From Cyanophora paradoxa CCMP329 (lineage: Eukaryota; Plantae; Glaucophyta), in NCBI GenBank assembly GCA_004431415.1, contig QPMI01000114.1, positions 62,001-126,000 on the forward strand: a stretch of 64,000 bases of DNA. Direction: 5' to 3'. The notes under the pieces are model-generated. The model was not told the DNA's origin. It searched no databases and worked only from the letters and a program-made list of their open reading frames with translations. This document shows, piece after piece, positions 1 to 11,077 of this stretch; the stretch's first letter is position 1; each line of letters opens with the position of its first letter. Both the position numbers and the translations under genes were made by a program.

Positions 1-3000
1 GTATTTGAAGTACCCGTCCTCGAATGCGCCCCTCAAACCGTACAAGTTCAAAGCGCTGGAGCGCCGCCGGAAACAGATCGGCAGCCTCCTGCACCAATGG
101 GAAGGCCTCAGATGGGGCGTGCGACTAGTACGACTCAGGCAATTAAACTCCAAACCGCCAATACCTGGCCTTCCCCCCCTCCCAGGGGACGGTCTCGAAG
201 GGGGGGGGTACCTGGAACGACAGTGACTGGGTGAGGGCACGGAAAGCGCTGCAACGGGAGTGGCGCCGGATAGAAGACTCGATAAGCGCAAAGGGGAAAG
301 AGATGAAGGACAAGCAGATCAGAGAGGCCCTCGATCTAAGAAGGACATGGTTCCGCCAAGAGCTAGGCAGGTGCCTCGATCGGTTGCTAGGACGCACTAG
401 GGGCAGCCTGGCTTTCTCGACACTTGCACTCCGGGTCCCGGGAGAGGAACGACCTCGAATCATCGATAATGTAGATGAGCTAAAAGCGGAAGTCGCGACG
501 GCCTTCAAGAACTGGGTACCCCCGCGTCGACCCCGTCTCCCCCAAACGGGCCACCCCCTTCCACCACACTGGCAAAGACGCTACGAGAGACAAAGACGAC
601 TGCAGTACCCGAAGCTTATGAAGCCAATCACCGAGCAGGAGCTTAAAGACTACCTGGGACGCCTAGCAGCAAACACAGCGGCAGGTCCCTCAGCAATGGC
701 GGCAGCCCTTTTAAAAAAGCTACCTCCAGCAGGGATGACGGCTCTGCTCGCCCTCCTGAACACCATACTTGTACACGGCCACCCGCCGGATTTCCTCATG
801 GATGCAGTGATCTGTGCGATCCCAAAATCAGCTGAATGGGACGGGTTTGCAGACAGTACACGCCCAATCACGCTGCAGGAAGTGGTGCTTAAAGCCCTTA
901 CAGGCATTCTGGGAAGGCGGCTTATGGACGCCCTCATAGAACAAAAAGCACTCAAGGGGAAAAACTATGCCTTCCTTAAAAACATGTCTACAGACGAACC
1001 TCTGCACATAGTGAACGCGATCCTTGAAGAAGCAAAGCGACGCAGAAGCGAAATTCACATCATTGCACAGGATATCAAGAAAGCCTACGACTCAGTCAGC
1101 TGGGCAAGCATGGAATTAACTTTTGAACGCTTCAACATACCAGAGGAATACGTGCGCCTCCACGAACACATCTGGCACCACCGAACAGCCAGAGTACTGA
1201 CCGCATATGGCCCCTCGGATGAGTTCTCCCCGGCGTGTGGGCTCCCTCAGGGCGCGCCCGAATCCCCGCTCCACTGGCTCCTCTTCTATGATGCCCTTCT
1301 CTGCGAACAGGAGTCTCAGGCAGAGGCAGAAGGACCAGACTCAGAGATCTCAGGGGTACAGATCGCACCTGCTCCGGGTGAACCACCAATCAGCTTGGCG
1401 GGAATTGCCTATGCAGATGACACAGACTGGTTTGCAAAAAGCCGCCGGGGGATCGAACTTAGAGCAAAAATCTCCACTGAGTTCTGTGAACTACACGATA
1501 TAGAGCTAAATGTGAAGAAGACTGAATATACAAACAATAGAGGGAAAAGCGTCTACCCGGAGGCCCCAAAAATGGGTACCCCACCCGAGACGATCGCGAT
1601 ATACCTCGAGCCCTCAGAACCCTTTAAGCTACTAGGAACCTATTTCACATGCAATTTAAACTGGAGCCGTCACAAAGCCCACACTTTCAATAAGGTAAAG
1701 AGCATTGTGACAGCTATCAAGGGGAAGAGAATGACAGCAGAAGAGGCAGTATATATCTGCAATGCAGTAATTGGAGGCAGTCTAAGATACGCTTTCAAAG
1801 TAGCGAATTTCTCGGACACAGACCTTAAAAACCTACAGGCTCTCTTCATGACGCTAGTAAAACATAGTGGGGGGCTCAGCAAAGCTACGGCAAACGCCTT
1901 TATGATGATGCCGGCTCCCTTTGGCTTGCTTTCGGTCCACTCAGTACAAGCAGAGGAACAGATATCCAAGCTACGAGCACACCTCATCTCTCCAACCTTG
2001 GTAGGATCTATCCGGCGAGCACGAATGTATGACCTCCAGGAGCAGCGTGGTATGCTTGTACCCCCGACAGCACTCCCCTCGGCAACTTCAAGAGGGTGTA
2101 TTGGCAACCTGGTGGCGCGCGTGATTAAAATAATGAACGAAGTTGGGCTGACAATAGAGGCACCCCCAACGTCGGCGTGGAACAGCCTCCTTGCCAACGA
2201 GCGACCGCTTCAAACCTGCCTCCCATGGCCTATCTTCGATGAAGTGGGACCTCACCTCCGCAAACACGGACTGTGGACGCCCCGGGACCTAGAGGACGCT
2301 CTCAGGCCGGGGTATATGAAAACGTGGAATTTGGTGCGCACGAGCCCAACGCAGCAACTCACCCCCCGATGGTTCTCCCTGCTAGAAGAGCACGTGCTAC
2401 CAGACGGCCGGCCCCCAGGCTGCCGGCGTTTGCGCCAGGAACTGCTGGGTGACGGAAGGATGCAAACAGAGACGAAACCCGCAGCGGTCTGGGCCCTGGT
2501 AGAAGCCATGCAAAAAAGGGTCAGTGGGCCAAAGCGGCAAGGAGAGGAACCAGTGCTAGCTTACGTAGACGGCTCTACTTATGAAGCCGAGTCCCGCAGC
2601 GTCCGCAGCGGATACGGGGTTCATTTCCCTAACGGAGAGTACCCCGACGTGAGGGAGCGGATAGGGGGCCAGATAACAAACTACAAGGCCGAACTCACTA
2701 GCATACTACACGCGGCGGTGACGGTGGAACCGGAGCGGGACCTCGTGATCCACTGCGATAACAAAGGAGCAGTGATTGCAGCAAATCGTTTCTCTATGAA
2801 CGGCTCGCCGCCTCCGGGAACAGCACTTCTGCAAGCACCGTTACATGAGACGCTGAAAGCCCTCGCTGAAACTATAACAAAGCGCACGGGGGAGACGAAG
2901 ATCATCTGGGTAAAGGGCCACACGAAAGAGCTCCCGCACGGGCCCAGGAACGAGATGGCGGACAGAAGAGCGAAAGAAGGCGCGATGCTCGACGAGGAGG

Positions 3001-4943
3001 TTCGTGAAGTGAAGTTCCTCCCTGCAGCGTGGACCTTCGTTATGTGCTATAGAGGCCCGGCGGGCCCGTGCCCTACTGGCCCCGACGGCACCTGGAGGCT
3101 AGAGAATGACGCGGCGGGAGCGATCCGCGACATCTACCACACGCGATACGCGTACGTCTGGGCCTGCTCAGTGCGTCAGATGAAGGAAGGGGCGGGCCGC
3201 TGGGCCCTCGCGCACGGCGCGGAGCTGCAAACGATCTTCTCGATCATAGACATCCACAAGAACCGCAAACCTCTATCAGATAAGATGCAGCGTTTCAGAA
3301 AGCTCGTCATCCAGCTCCTAGACGATCGACTGCCTCTCCTACCGCTGCGACTGCTTCACCAGCCAAACCTGTACGGGCCGCGAAACAGTCAAGGCCGATG
3401 CGCACGCTGCGGCGAAGTCCGTGAGACCATTGCTCACCTGTTCCACTGCGTGAAAGCGCGAGACGCGCTTCGGCAGCTCCAGGATGAGGTCGATGTGGCG
3501 GTCAAGAAAGCTGTAGGGCAGTGGCCGGCGGGCAGGAACGTCCCGAGTACGTTTCTGAGCATGCTCGACTTTACAAACCGCTTTGATGCGGTGCGCGCGC
3601 CTGGGCCGAAATGCTACCCGAGGTCGCCCGCTCAGAAGGCGCTGGATGGCTTCGAATCGCTTTGGGTGCTGCGCGGGGCTCTGCCCGTGGGTCTAGATCA
3701 AGTGCTGCTCGAATGGAAGGCTAAAGAACCTGAGCTAAAGAACGTGAGCGCCTTCCTCAAGCGTATCAAACGCAAACTTCTAAGGACTCTGATGCGGGGG
3801 GTGCAGAAGCTGATCTGGGTTCCCCGCTGCACGGAGACGGTCAATTGGGAGGGCAAAGTTGGCATCACGGCTGCTGCGAAGCGACTAGGACGCAGTGCGG
3901 TGGCCCAGCCGGCCCCAGCCGAACGCAGAAGCCGTCGCCGCACGGACAGCCAGACGCCAGCTGCAAATTTGATCGCAGCAGCCACAGCAGCTGCAGCCGG
4001 AACCACGGCAGCCGCAGCACCGTCAAACGCGGCCCAGGTGGATAACCAAGCAAGGGCTAACGCTCGCCCCCGAACTGTGAGTACGCGAGCAAACCCGGCT
4101 AGCGCTGCAGCTGACGTACCAACAAGATCGGCAAGCGCTACCGCCGGAACGACAGTGCGCAGACCGTTAGCAAACATTGGCAACGCTTGCCCCCAAACCG
4201 CCTTGGGCACAGCCGCCTCGAGAGCGACACGGAAGCGCCCCAATGCAGCCACGACCACAGATCAAATCCCAAACTTGAGCTCAAACCCGAGCTCCAGGGC
4301 CCGGACAACCGGCGCCCCCGCAGCCCCGCAAACAGTAGCTGTGGCTATAGCTAACAACGATCGCGACCGTGAAAGAACTGAAGCACATGTACAGCCGCAG
4401 GGCGCAATGGCGCCGGCGCATGCAATTAATATTCCGAATCCCGAAATCGAAGCTGTGCAGGCACTTTTACAGCTCTCGGGCTCGGCCGCGACTGCAGCCA
4501 GTGCTAGCTCTAGTGAACAGGCCACTGAAGTTGCAAGTGGATCACGGGCACGCCGGAGCGTCATTTCACAACGGAAACGAGCACTGGAGGAGGCTAAGGA
4601 GCTCAAAAATAACAGTGGTCGCTCGCGATGCAGGATATGCAGGGGGAAACTGACGCCGAATGATGACGAGCAAGCACACGTGTGCTGGAACAACCCACCC
4701 CCAGATACAGCCCTCTGGAACGCACACATTACAGTGGAAAGGCTGCTGAAAACAGGAGAGCTACCAGTGCTTATGCCCCACAGGTAACCTGCCTAAGCCA
4801 GCTGCAAAGTCTTCCCCCGCCTCCTACATGTGGGAGGAGCTCCCCCCTATTGGCTTTCACGCCGTAGGGGCCCGGGTCAAACCGGGGAAGGAGTGAGGGG
4901 GACGACTATAAACCGGGCCCCTAGGGGTACCGGAGCACACACA
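1..4943 (+). mobile_element. Non-LTR retrotransposon E1 (RT-RNase H-Zn fingers); 5' part lies left of the window; ends in a short (CA)n tail
   Basis: The ORF carries RT, RNase H and CCHC-like motifs. The 3' junction is defined by the empty paralogous site: identity to 37459 onward starts at 4944. A terminal stem taggggcccgg/ccgggccccta lies at ~4865-4923. Confidence 0.92.
231..4787 (+). CDS. E1 polyprotein: reverse transcriptase, RNase H, zinc fingers (probably continues upstream across a frameshift at the G-run 200-208)
   Basis: RT motifs RPITLQE, QDIKKAYDSV, GLPQGAPESP and YADD. RNase H motifs YVDGS, KAEL, HCDN, WVKGH and NEMADRRAK. Zn fingers CARC..ETIAHLFHC and C-terminal CRIC..H.C. Confidence 0.93.
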   Translation: MRARKALQREWRRIEDSISAKGKEMKDKQIREALDLRRTWFRQELGRCLDRLLGRTRGSLAFSTLALRVPGEERPRIIDNVDELKAEVATAFKNWVPPRRPRLPQTGHPLPPHWQRRYERQRRLQYPKLMKPITEQELKDYLGRLAANTAAGPSAMAAALLKKLPPAGMTALLALLNTILVHGHPPDFLMDAVICAIPKSAEWDGFADSTRPITLQEVVLKALTGILGRRLMDALIEQKALKGKNYAFLKNMSTDEPLHIVNAILEEAKRRRSEIHIIAQDIKKAYDSVSWASMELTFERFNIPEEYVRLHEHIWHHRTARVLTAYGPSDEFSPACGLPQGAPESPLHWLLFYDALLCEQESQAEAEGPDSEISGVQIAPAPGEPPISLAGIAYADDTDWFAKSRRGIELRAKISTEFCELHDIELNVKKTEYTNNRGKSVYPEAPKMGTPPETIAIYLEPSEPFKLLGTYFTCNLNWSRHKAHTFNKVKSIVTAIKGKRMTAEEAVYICNAVIGGSLRYAFKVANFSDTDLKNLQALFMTLVKHSGGLSKATANAFMMMPAPFGLLSVHSVQAEEQISKLRAHLISPTLVGSIRRARMYDLQEQRGMLVPPTALPSATSRGCIGNLVARVIKIMNEVGLTIEAPPTSAWNSLLANERPLQTCLPWPIFDEVGPHLRKHGLWTPRDLEDALRPGYMKTWNLVRTSPTQQLTPRWFSLLEEHVLPDGRPPGCRRLRQELLGDGRMQTETKPAAVWALVEAMQKRVSGPKRQGEEPVLAYVDGSTYEAESRSVRSGYGVHFPNGEYPDVRERIGGQITNYKAELTSILHAAVTVEPERDLVIHCDNKGAVIAANRFSMNGSPPPGTALLQAPLHETLKALAETITKRTGETKIIWVKGHTKELPHGPRNEMADRRAKEGAMLDEEVREVKFLPAAWTFVMCYRGPAGPCPTGPDGTWRLENDAAGAIRDIYHTRYAYVWACSVRQMKEGAGRWALAHGAELQTIFSIIDIHKNRKPLSDKMQRFRKLVIQLLDDRLPLLPLRLLHQPNLYGPRNSQGRCARCGEVRETIAHLFHCVKARDALRQLQDEVDVAVKKAVGQWPAGRNVPSTFLSMLDFTNRFDAVRAPGPKCYPRSPAQKALDGFESLWVLRGALPVGLDQVLLEWKAKEPELKNVSAFLKRIKRKLLRTLMRGVQKLIWVPRCTETVNWEGKVGITAAAKRLGRSAVAQPAPAERRSRRRTDSQTPAANLIAAATAAAAGTTAAAAPSNAAQVDNQARANARPRTVSTRANPASAAADVPTRSASATAGTTVRRPLANIGNACPQTALGTAASRATRKRPNAATTTDQIPNLSSNPSSRARTTGAPAAPQTVAVAIANNDRDRERTEAHVQPQGAMAPAHAINIPNPEIEAVQALLQLSGSAATAASASSSEQATEVASGSRARRSVISQRKRALEEAKELKNNSGRSRCRICRGKLTPNDDEQAHVCWNNPPPDTALWNAHITVERLLKTGELPVLMPHR

Positions 4944-5020
4944 CACAGTGTGTGACCACACACAAACACGTCGGTACCGCCGGGACGAGTCCGTGCTGCG
5001 TGGCGATTCAAATTCTGGCG

Positions 5021-6260
5021 ATGCCGTCGGAGGGGCAGACCGACGCGCAGATCGCTGCCTGGTGGGAGGTGCGATCTGTTCGATTCGGACAGCCCACCGG
5101 CGCTCCTAACCGGCGACCAGCGGAAGTACGAGGAGGCCGTGGAGTTGTGGGGCGAATGCGAGCGGAGAGCGACAGCGCTGCACGAGGAGAACAAGCGGTT
5201 GCAGGAGGCGGTCGAGAAGCTACAGGGAGACGAGCGCGCCTCGAATCGAGCTCTAAAGAAAAAGCTGGATGCTAGCGAGGTGCTGTTCCAGCGCCTGCTG
5301 GAGAACGTGGAAGACGAGCGTCGCCAGAACCAGGAGCTGAGGGAGTGCGGTGCGGCGAACCGAGCCTCCGGCCGGTCGCCCCTTGCTCACGGTCGCCCGC
5401 AGCCAAGGCTTCAGAGCGGCGCAAGCGGGAGGTGGAGGGAGCGTTCCAGCAGATCCTCGAGGAGGCGGAGGCGCTGCGGCACTCCAACAACGAGCTTGCA
5501 ATGTCGTCAGCCGAGGTCCTGAAGGTCCAGACGCCGCGGCCGGACGCGCCGCGAGGGCCGCCCCAGCGCCGCCGCAGGTGAACGAGGTGCTGCACGAGCG
5601 CGTGAGGCTGTTGGAGGGGCATGTACAACTACTCCAGGTCCGCTGCCGGATCGGGACCCGAGTGCAGCGCGACCCTCAGGCGGGTGTCGCAGGAGCAGCT
5701 GGAACAGCTCCGCGGCGAGAACGCGGAGCTGAAGACCGAGGCGCGGTCCTCCGCGGCTGCCGCGGCAGCGGCCGCCGCCGCCGCTTCCGCCTCCGCGTAC
5801 CAGTGTGACTGCCGCTACTCGGTTCCGGCCCCTGCGCCGCCGCCGCCGCAGCCTCCGGTTCGGTATGCCTCGGACAGGATCGAGGAGGAGATCAACAGGC
5901 GCCTGGGGGCGATCCTGGGGAGCCTCGAGCGGCTGCACACCAGCGCTAGCGCCCCGGCGAGCCCGGCACCGCACCGCGCCCGCCTCTCCCTTTCCCCCGC
6001 CCGGCCCCTCTGGTCACCCCAGGCGGCCGCCGCGCGCGCCGTCTCCGCCCCGCCCCGCCGCCGGCACGAGGAGCTGGAGGAGGTGGCGTATCCCGCCGAG
6101 GAGGGGGAGGGCCCAGAGGAGGCCGAGGACATTGACGCCCTCGCGATCGCCGGGGACGTGCGACGGGCGCTCCGCCAGGGCACCCGGGACGCCAGCCAGG
6201 CAGCCGCCCCGGCCCGGCGCGCCCCGACCCGGCCCCCTCTCGACCTACCCACCCCAAAGC
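5021..6260 (+). CDS. Multi-exon coiled-coil protein (hypothetical); 3' end uncertain
   Basis: ATG at 5021. GT-AG introns of ~50 nt (e.g. 5069-5120) join in-frame E/K/R/L-rich exons (RKYEEAVELWGECERR..., QEQLEQLRGENAELK). Duplicated at 37536. Confidence 0.65.
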
Positions 6261-7772
6261 CTAGGGGTACCTCTTCGCAGGGGGCGGCGGCGGGGGCGCA
6301 CCGGCCTCCCGCCCCGCCGCCGAGTCGCCGGCGCGCGCCGCCGCCGCCGCCGCCGCCGCTTCGGCCGGCGGCTCGGTCGGAGGGGTCCTCGGGGGTACGG
6401 GCCGTCGGAGGGCGAGGCGGCCGCGGGGCCCCGCCGGAGCCGCCGGAGCCGCGCCACGTGGGTCAGCAGCTCGCCCGCCTGAGGCGAGGCTCCTTTCCCT
6501 TCCGCTTCGCCCCTTCTTTCTTTGTCTTGCCTGGCCTCTCCGGCAGCATCGAGCGCGAGGTGCACGCCAACATGCACCTCGGCAGCGTCGGGGCCCGGGC
6601 CCGCCTCGGCATCCTCCTGCGCCTGCGCCTGCGCCCCGCCAGCGGAGCCCCCGCCCCGCCAGCTCAGCCGCCGGCCCCGCCGCCCCCGACGGGGCCCGGG
6701 GCCCGCGCCGCCTGGAGCGAGCCTTCTCCGACGCCCGCTCCCTCCCCGACGAGCCCACACCTCCCCCGTACCCCGTCGTCTGAGCGGCGCACCCCCCAGG
6801 GTTCGCGGAGCTGGTGCGGGGGCTGGACCCGGACGTGCTGGCGGGGTACAGGGTGCAGGGCGGCTCGCTGGGGTATCGGCATCGACCTCCAGCGGTGCGG
6901 CGTCCTTCGCCTTCGGAGGGCCTCTCTCGCCGGTGCTCGACCCTAGGCTGACGTCTCCGGCCGGTCCGCCCCTCTCCCCCCTCCTCCCTCCCCCTCTCCC
7001 CGGTCTGATCGCCGGCGGGCGCGTGCTGAACGTGCGGCGGCTGATGCGGGGGGAGCTGAAGCACTCCCTCGAGAGCGTCGAAGAGGGACGCGGGGCCGCA
7101 GGCAGCGGGCGGGGACGGCGCTCGCCATCCTCGGGGCCGTCGACCTCGTCCGCCCCGCCCCGCCCCGGACCAGGGTTCCCGGCTGGCTGCGCGACGCGGC
7201 GAAGCCCGCCTCCCCTTCTCCCGCCCCCCTCCCCCCGGCCCCGCCCGACGCCCCGCGCGGGTGCGGCGGGCGTCGGAGCTGGCGCGCACCTGCGGCATCC
7301 ACCTCTTCGCCAACCTCGCCCGCGGCTCCGGCTCTCATACGCCCCAGTGCAGTCGCTGTGCCCCTCGACGGCGATCGCGCACAACCTCTGCTTCACCACC
7401 CGTCTCGGCAAGGCCCGCCCCGCCCCTGCCCCCCCTCCCTCCTCCTCGGGCCCTCGCGCGCCCTCGGCCTCGCAGCTGGGCGGGCCGGCGGCGGGGCGCC
7501 CGGCGCCTCGGGGTCGACCCCCGCTGCTGGCCCCCGCCACTGGGCCCCGAAGGGCCGGCCCCGCCGCCCCCGCCCCCGGGCCGCGCCCCGCAGCTGGGCC
7601 CCCCTCGCGCCTCCCCCGCAGGGCGCTGGGGAGCTCGAGGCGCCCTCTTCGTCGGGCCCGAGGGTGCCCCCAGCGCCACCCCGCCCCCTCCATCCCCGCC
7701 GCCTCCTCCTGGGCGCGCGGGCGCCGACTCTGCTGCGCGCGCACGCGCCGACTCTGGGCCATTCATGGCCAT
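6261..7772 (-). CDS. Possible low-complexity hypothetical gene ending ...PAKRYP*
   Basis: ATGs at 7772/7762 lie next to an AT-richer intergenic stretch. The same stop context recurs at 15643 and 38771. No recognisable domain. Confidence 0.3.
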
Positions 7773-8467
7773 CTCCCACTATAGCTAGTAGAATGGGGCA
7801 GGAAGTGACACTGTCCTGACAATATTTAATGTAAATAGTGTCAGATTAAAAGTGTCGGCCGGCCTGACACTACTTGGAGCGGGGCTTCTCTTCTAGTGAT
7901 CTACAGCAGTCACTGAGTCTCCTACTGCACTAAACAAGAACTAACGAACTAACGAACAAAATGAACGAGGGAGGAGTGATCAGAGAGGGGCACACATATT
8001 ACAGACGTCGACAGGACAAGTATTGAATTGCACTGCAGCGGGCCACGAACGGAAAGCGACCGGCCGCGGGCCGAGCTCAGGATCAACGCGAGCAGCTTCG
8101 AATTCGCGAGCACTGGCCATGGGGACCTGGCCGGGCCCTCCGCAGGACCCGCCCCGCTGCGCATGCTCGGGGCCCCAGAGGCGAGGCGCCAGCAGCGGGT
8201 CGACCCGCGGCCGCGCGGGGCTGCCGGCGCCGGGGAAGGCCGCGCGGGCCGCGCGCCAGGAAGGCCGCCGGGGCGGGGCGGCGGGGCGCGGGGCGAGGAT
8301 GGTGGGGCGTCGACGTCGGTGGCGAACGAAGGGGGTGGACTCCGGGAGGGGGTCTGCGGGACGGGCGGGGTGGGCGGGGCGGGCGGGGCCCCGAGAAGCC
8401 AAGGAGGAGGCGGACGTGGGTGAAGGAGCAGGGGCGGGGGGGCGCGGGTTGGGGCGGGGCCGGGCGG

Positions 8468-10703
8468 TCAGGGCGGGAGGAAGAAAGTGTCGTCGAGGGA
8501 GACCACCTCGCCCCGCACCTGCCGCCCCCGCCCTCGGCCCGAGAGGCGGGGGCGGGGGCGGGGCCGGCGCGCGCCCGCGTGTGGTTGTGCCGCAGGAAGG
8601 TCGCCAGCTCGGCGACCAGGCGCCCGATCTGCAGCGCGGAGCGGGGCGCTCGGCGGGGCGGGGCGGGGCGGCGGGGCGGCGGACGTTGCTTGAGAAGGTG
8701 ACGACGGAGGCGCCGCACGTCGCCAGCGCCACCACGTCCACCATCGCCGCCTGCCCGCCCCGCCCCGCCTCGCCCGCGGCCCCGCGGAGGGGCGCGGGGG
8801 GGCCACCTTCCACTCGCGCGTGCGCGTCCCGCCCCTCCGCCGCTCCCGCAGGTGGCTCGCGTGGTCGAAGACCTGCCCCCGCCGCCCTGAGACGCGGCTG
8901 GCCATGGCCGGCGGGGCCCCGCCCACCGCGCGGTCCTTGTCGGGGGCGTGGAGGAAGGTGTAGCGCGGCCCGTACGCCCCCGCCTCCTCCCGCAGCACCG
9001 CTGCCTCGTCTGCCCCGCCCTCGCCCCCGGCCCCCGGAGGGGGGCGTGGGGGCAGGCGGACCCGTTGCGACGAAGAAGAGGGTCGTGTTGAGGGCGCGGA
9101 GGAACGGCTCCGCCCGCTCCACGTACTGGCCGGGCCGCCCCCCGGTCGGCCCCGCCCGCGGGGGCGCAGCGGGCGCCGCACCCGGGCCAGCGGCAGCGGC
9201 CTCGCCTCCGACCTCTTGTCCTGCCGCCTGCCCCGCCCGCTCGGCGGCGGCGGGCGTGGGGCGCAGGGGCGGGGCGGGGCGGACCGGACGTGGATGGAGA
9301 CGCAGGGGCGCCGGGGGCGAGGCCGGCGGCGCGAGGCCCTCCTCGAGCCAGGCCGCGCCCGCGCGTTGGAGCGCAGCAGGGAAGCGTCGGCCTGCCGCGC
9401 GGCCACGTGAGGGGCGCCCGGGCGGGGCGCTCGCCCGGCCTCCAAGGCGCGCCTGGGCGCGGGCCCACTCGGGGCCCCACTTCTCGAAGCCCGGGGGCCG
9501 GGCCTCGCCGGGGGCCGCCACGGAGCGCGCGAGCGCCGCGTCGCTCCACGCCGCGAAGTCGTAGTAGAGGACCGTCTTGTTCGCCTGCGCCCCGCTGCCG
9601 GCTCGCCCCGAGGCGGGGGGGCGGGTGGGCCGGAGCGCGGCGCGCCTCGTGGTTGCGGAGCGAGATGGGCGCCGCCCCGCTCTGCAGGTCCCCCAGGTCC
9701 GAGAGGCTGCCCCGCGCCGGCGCGTGAGGCGGGCTGGGGGAGGTGCGCCGCGGCCGTCACCGCGTGGCCGCGCCGGCGCACGAGCAGGTGGAGAGCGGGA
9801 GCATGTGGCAGTCGAGGCTGCGGCACTCCTCCGCGCAGAGATCGTGGTCCGCGTACCTGCCGCCGGGCCGCCCGCGGCCGCCCTCGGCTCGGGCGGGGCG
9901 GGGGCAGGGGTCAGCGGGGGCGCGCACAGCCAGTCTTGGTGCGGGGCCACCAGAAGCACGCGCCGCGTCTCGAGGGCGAGCCCCAGGGCGTAGGCCATGT
10001 GGTGGAGCTCCGAGCCGAACCCTGCGCCCGCCGCCGACCCGGGGTCACGGCCGCGGGGCGTGCGCATGCGGGATGCGGCGCGCGCGCCTGCGGCGCCGAA
10101 GCGAAAGAGGAGGAACTGCGACACGCGGGGGCTGCAATCCTCGCGGGCTCGTAACTGGTTCCGGTAGATGACGCGCTGGGGGCGTCGGCGCGGCCGTGGG
10201 GCGACGTCAGACGCGTACTGCGGCCGCCGGGCAGCTCGCGATCGGGTCGACGCCGCAGCAGGTCGGACGCACCCGAAACTCACGCATCGCTTCCAGCTGC
10301 TCGTCGTTCGCGCGTCCCGAGTCGAGGACGAGCGAGTACAGGAAGTCGTATCGCGGGATCGGCAGGAACTTCGAATTCGTCTCATTTGACGAAACCGAGC
10401 TCGACTTCGAATCCGAACGCGCTAGCTGCGCGCAGGAGGAGCTCTGCAGAAGCTTCAGCGGCGTCCTATCTCCGTGATCGATGTCTGGAGTGGGCGTCGG
10501 CCCTGGCAGGCGCGAAAGCTCCGAATCCAGCGCCCGCCTGACCAGCGAAGCTGCGCGCGTGTGCGCGAACCGTCGGTGCTGAACACCCTCGACGCAGCGA
10601 GCGCAATCGCACCCAAATGAAAGGAGCGTAGGGCCAGAATGATGAGCGGCGCGGCCAGCAGCAGCTTCAACCAGCGGCCGTAGCACCGTGGCCGGAGGCG
10701 CAT
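8468..10703 (-). CDS. Alpha-1,6-fucosyltransferase-like glycosyltransferase (GT23/FUT8-like), multi-exon type II membrane protein
   Basis: N-terminal signal anchor WLKLLLAAPLIILAL. FUT8-like motifs occur in order: GFGSELHHMAYALGLALETRRVL, SIHVR-RQDKRSEA, FFVAT, DVVALATC..VVTFSSN-IGRLVAEL, VSLDD. Confidence 0.82.
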
Positions 10704-11077
10704 CGCCGAATCCCTTGTGTAGGTGCCGCAGGGCGCGCCCGCGGCTGGCGCTAGATCACCCGCGCGCGCAGCAGAGTCTTCCGGCCGGTCCCGGCCTCCA
10801 CGCCTGTGGGGGTGCTGCCAGTAATTCCAGCGGTTGCAACACGCTGTTGCTGTGACGAACGCGCGCTCAGCGACGCAGCGCGGACGCTGGTGATTGGGGG
10901 TAGTTGTAGTCCTAATTCAGGGGGTAAGCGAACACAAGGGAGCTGCCTCTGTGGATCCGGAGCTGTGCACCAAGCAACACGGCAGTTTGCACCAAGCAAC
11001 ACGCCAGCTCTCGCTGAGCCGTGACCGAGTCCCGAAGTCCGGAAGTTAAACGACCTCGCTCAGTCCGGCGGCCTGCC

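Noticed and set aside
200-208. Programmed frameshifting in E1, E3 or the L1 element
   Set aside because: The shifts I checked (200-208, ~32555) lie in G/C homopolymers, and similar 1-bp indels separate the duplicated segments. Sequencing error or decay is more likely.
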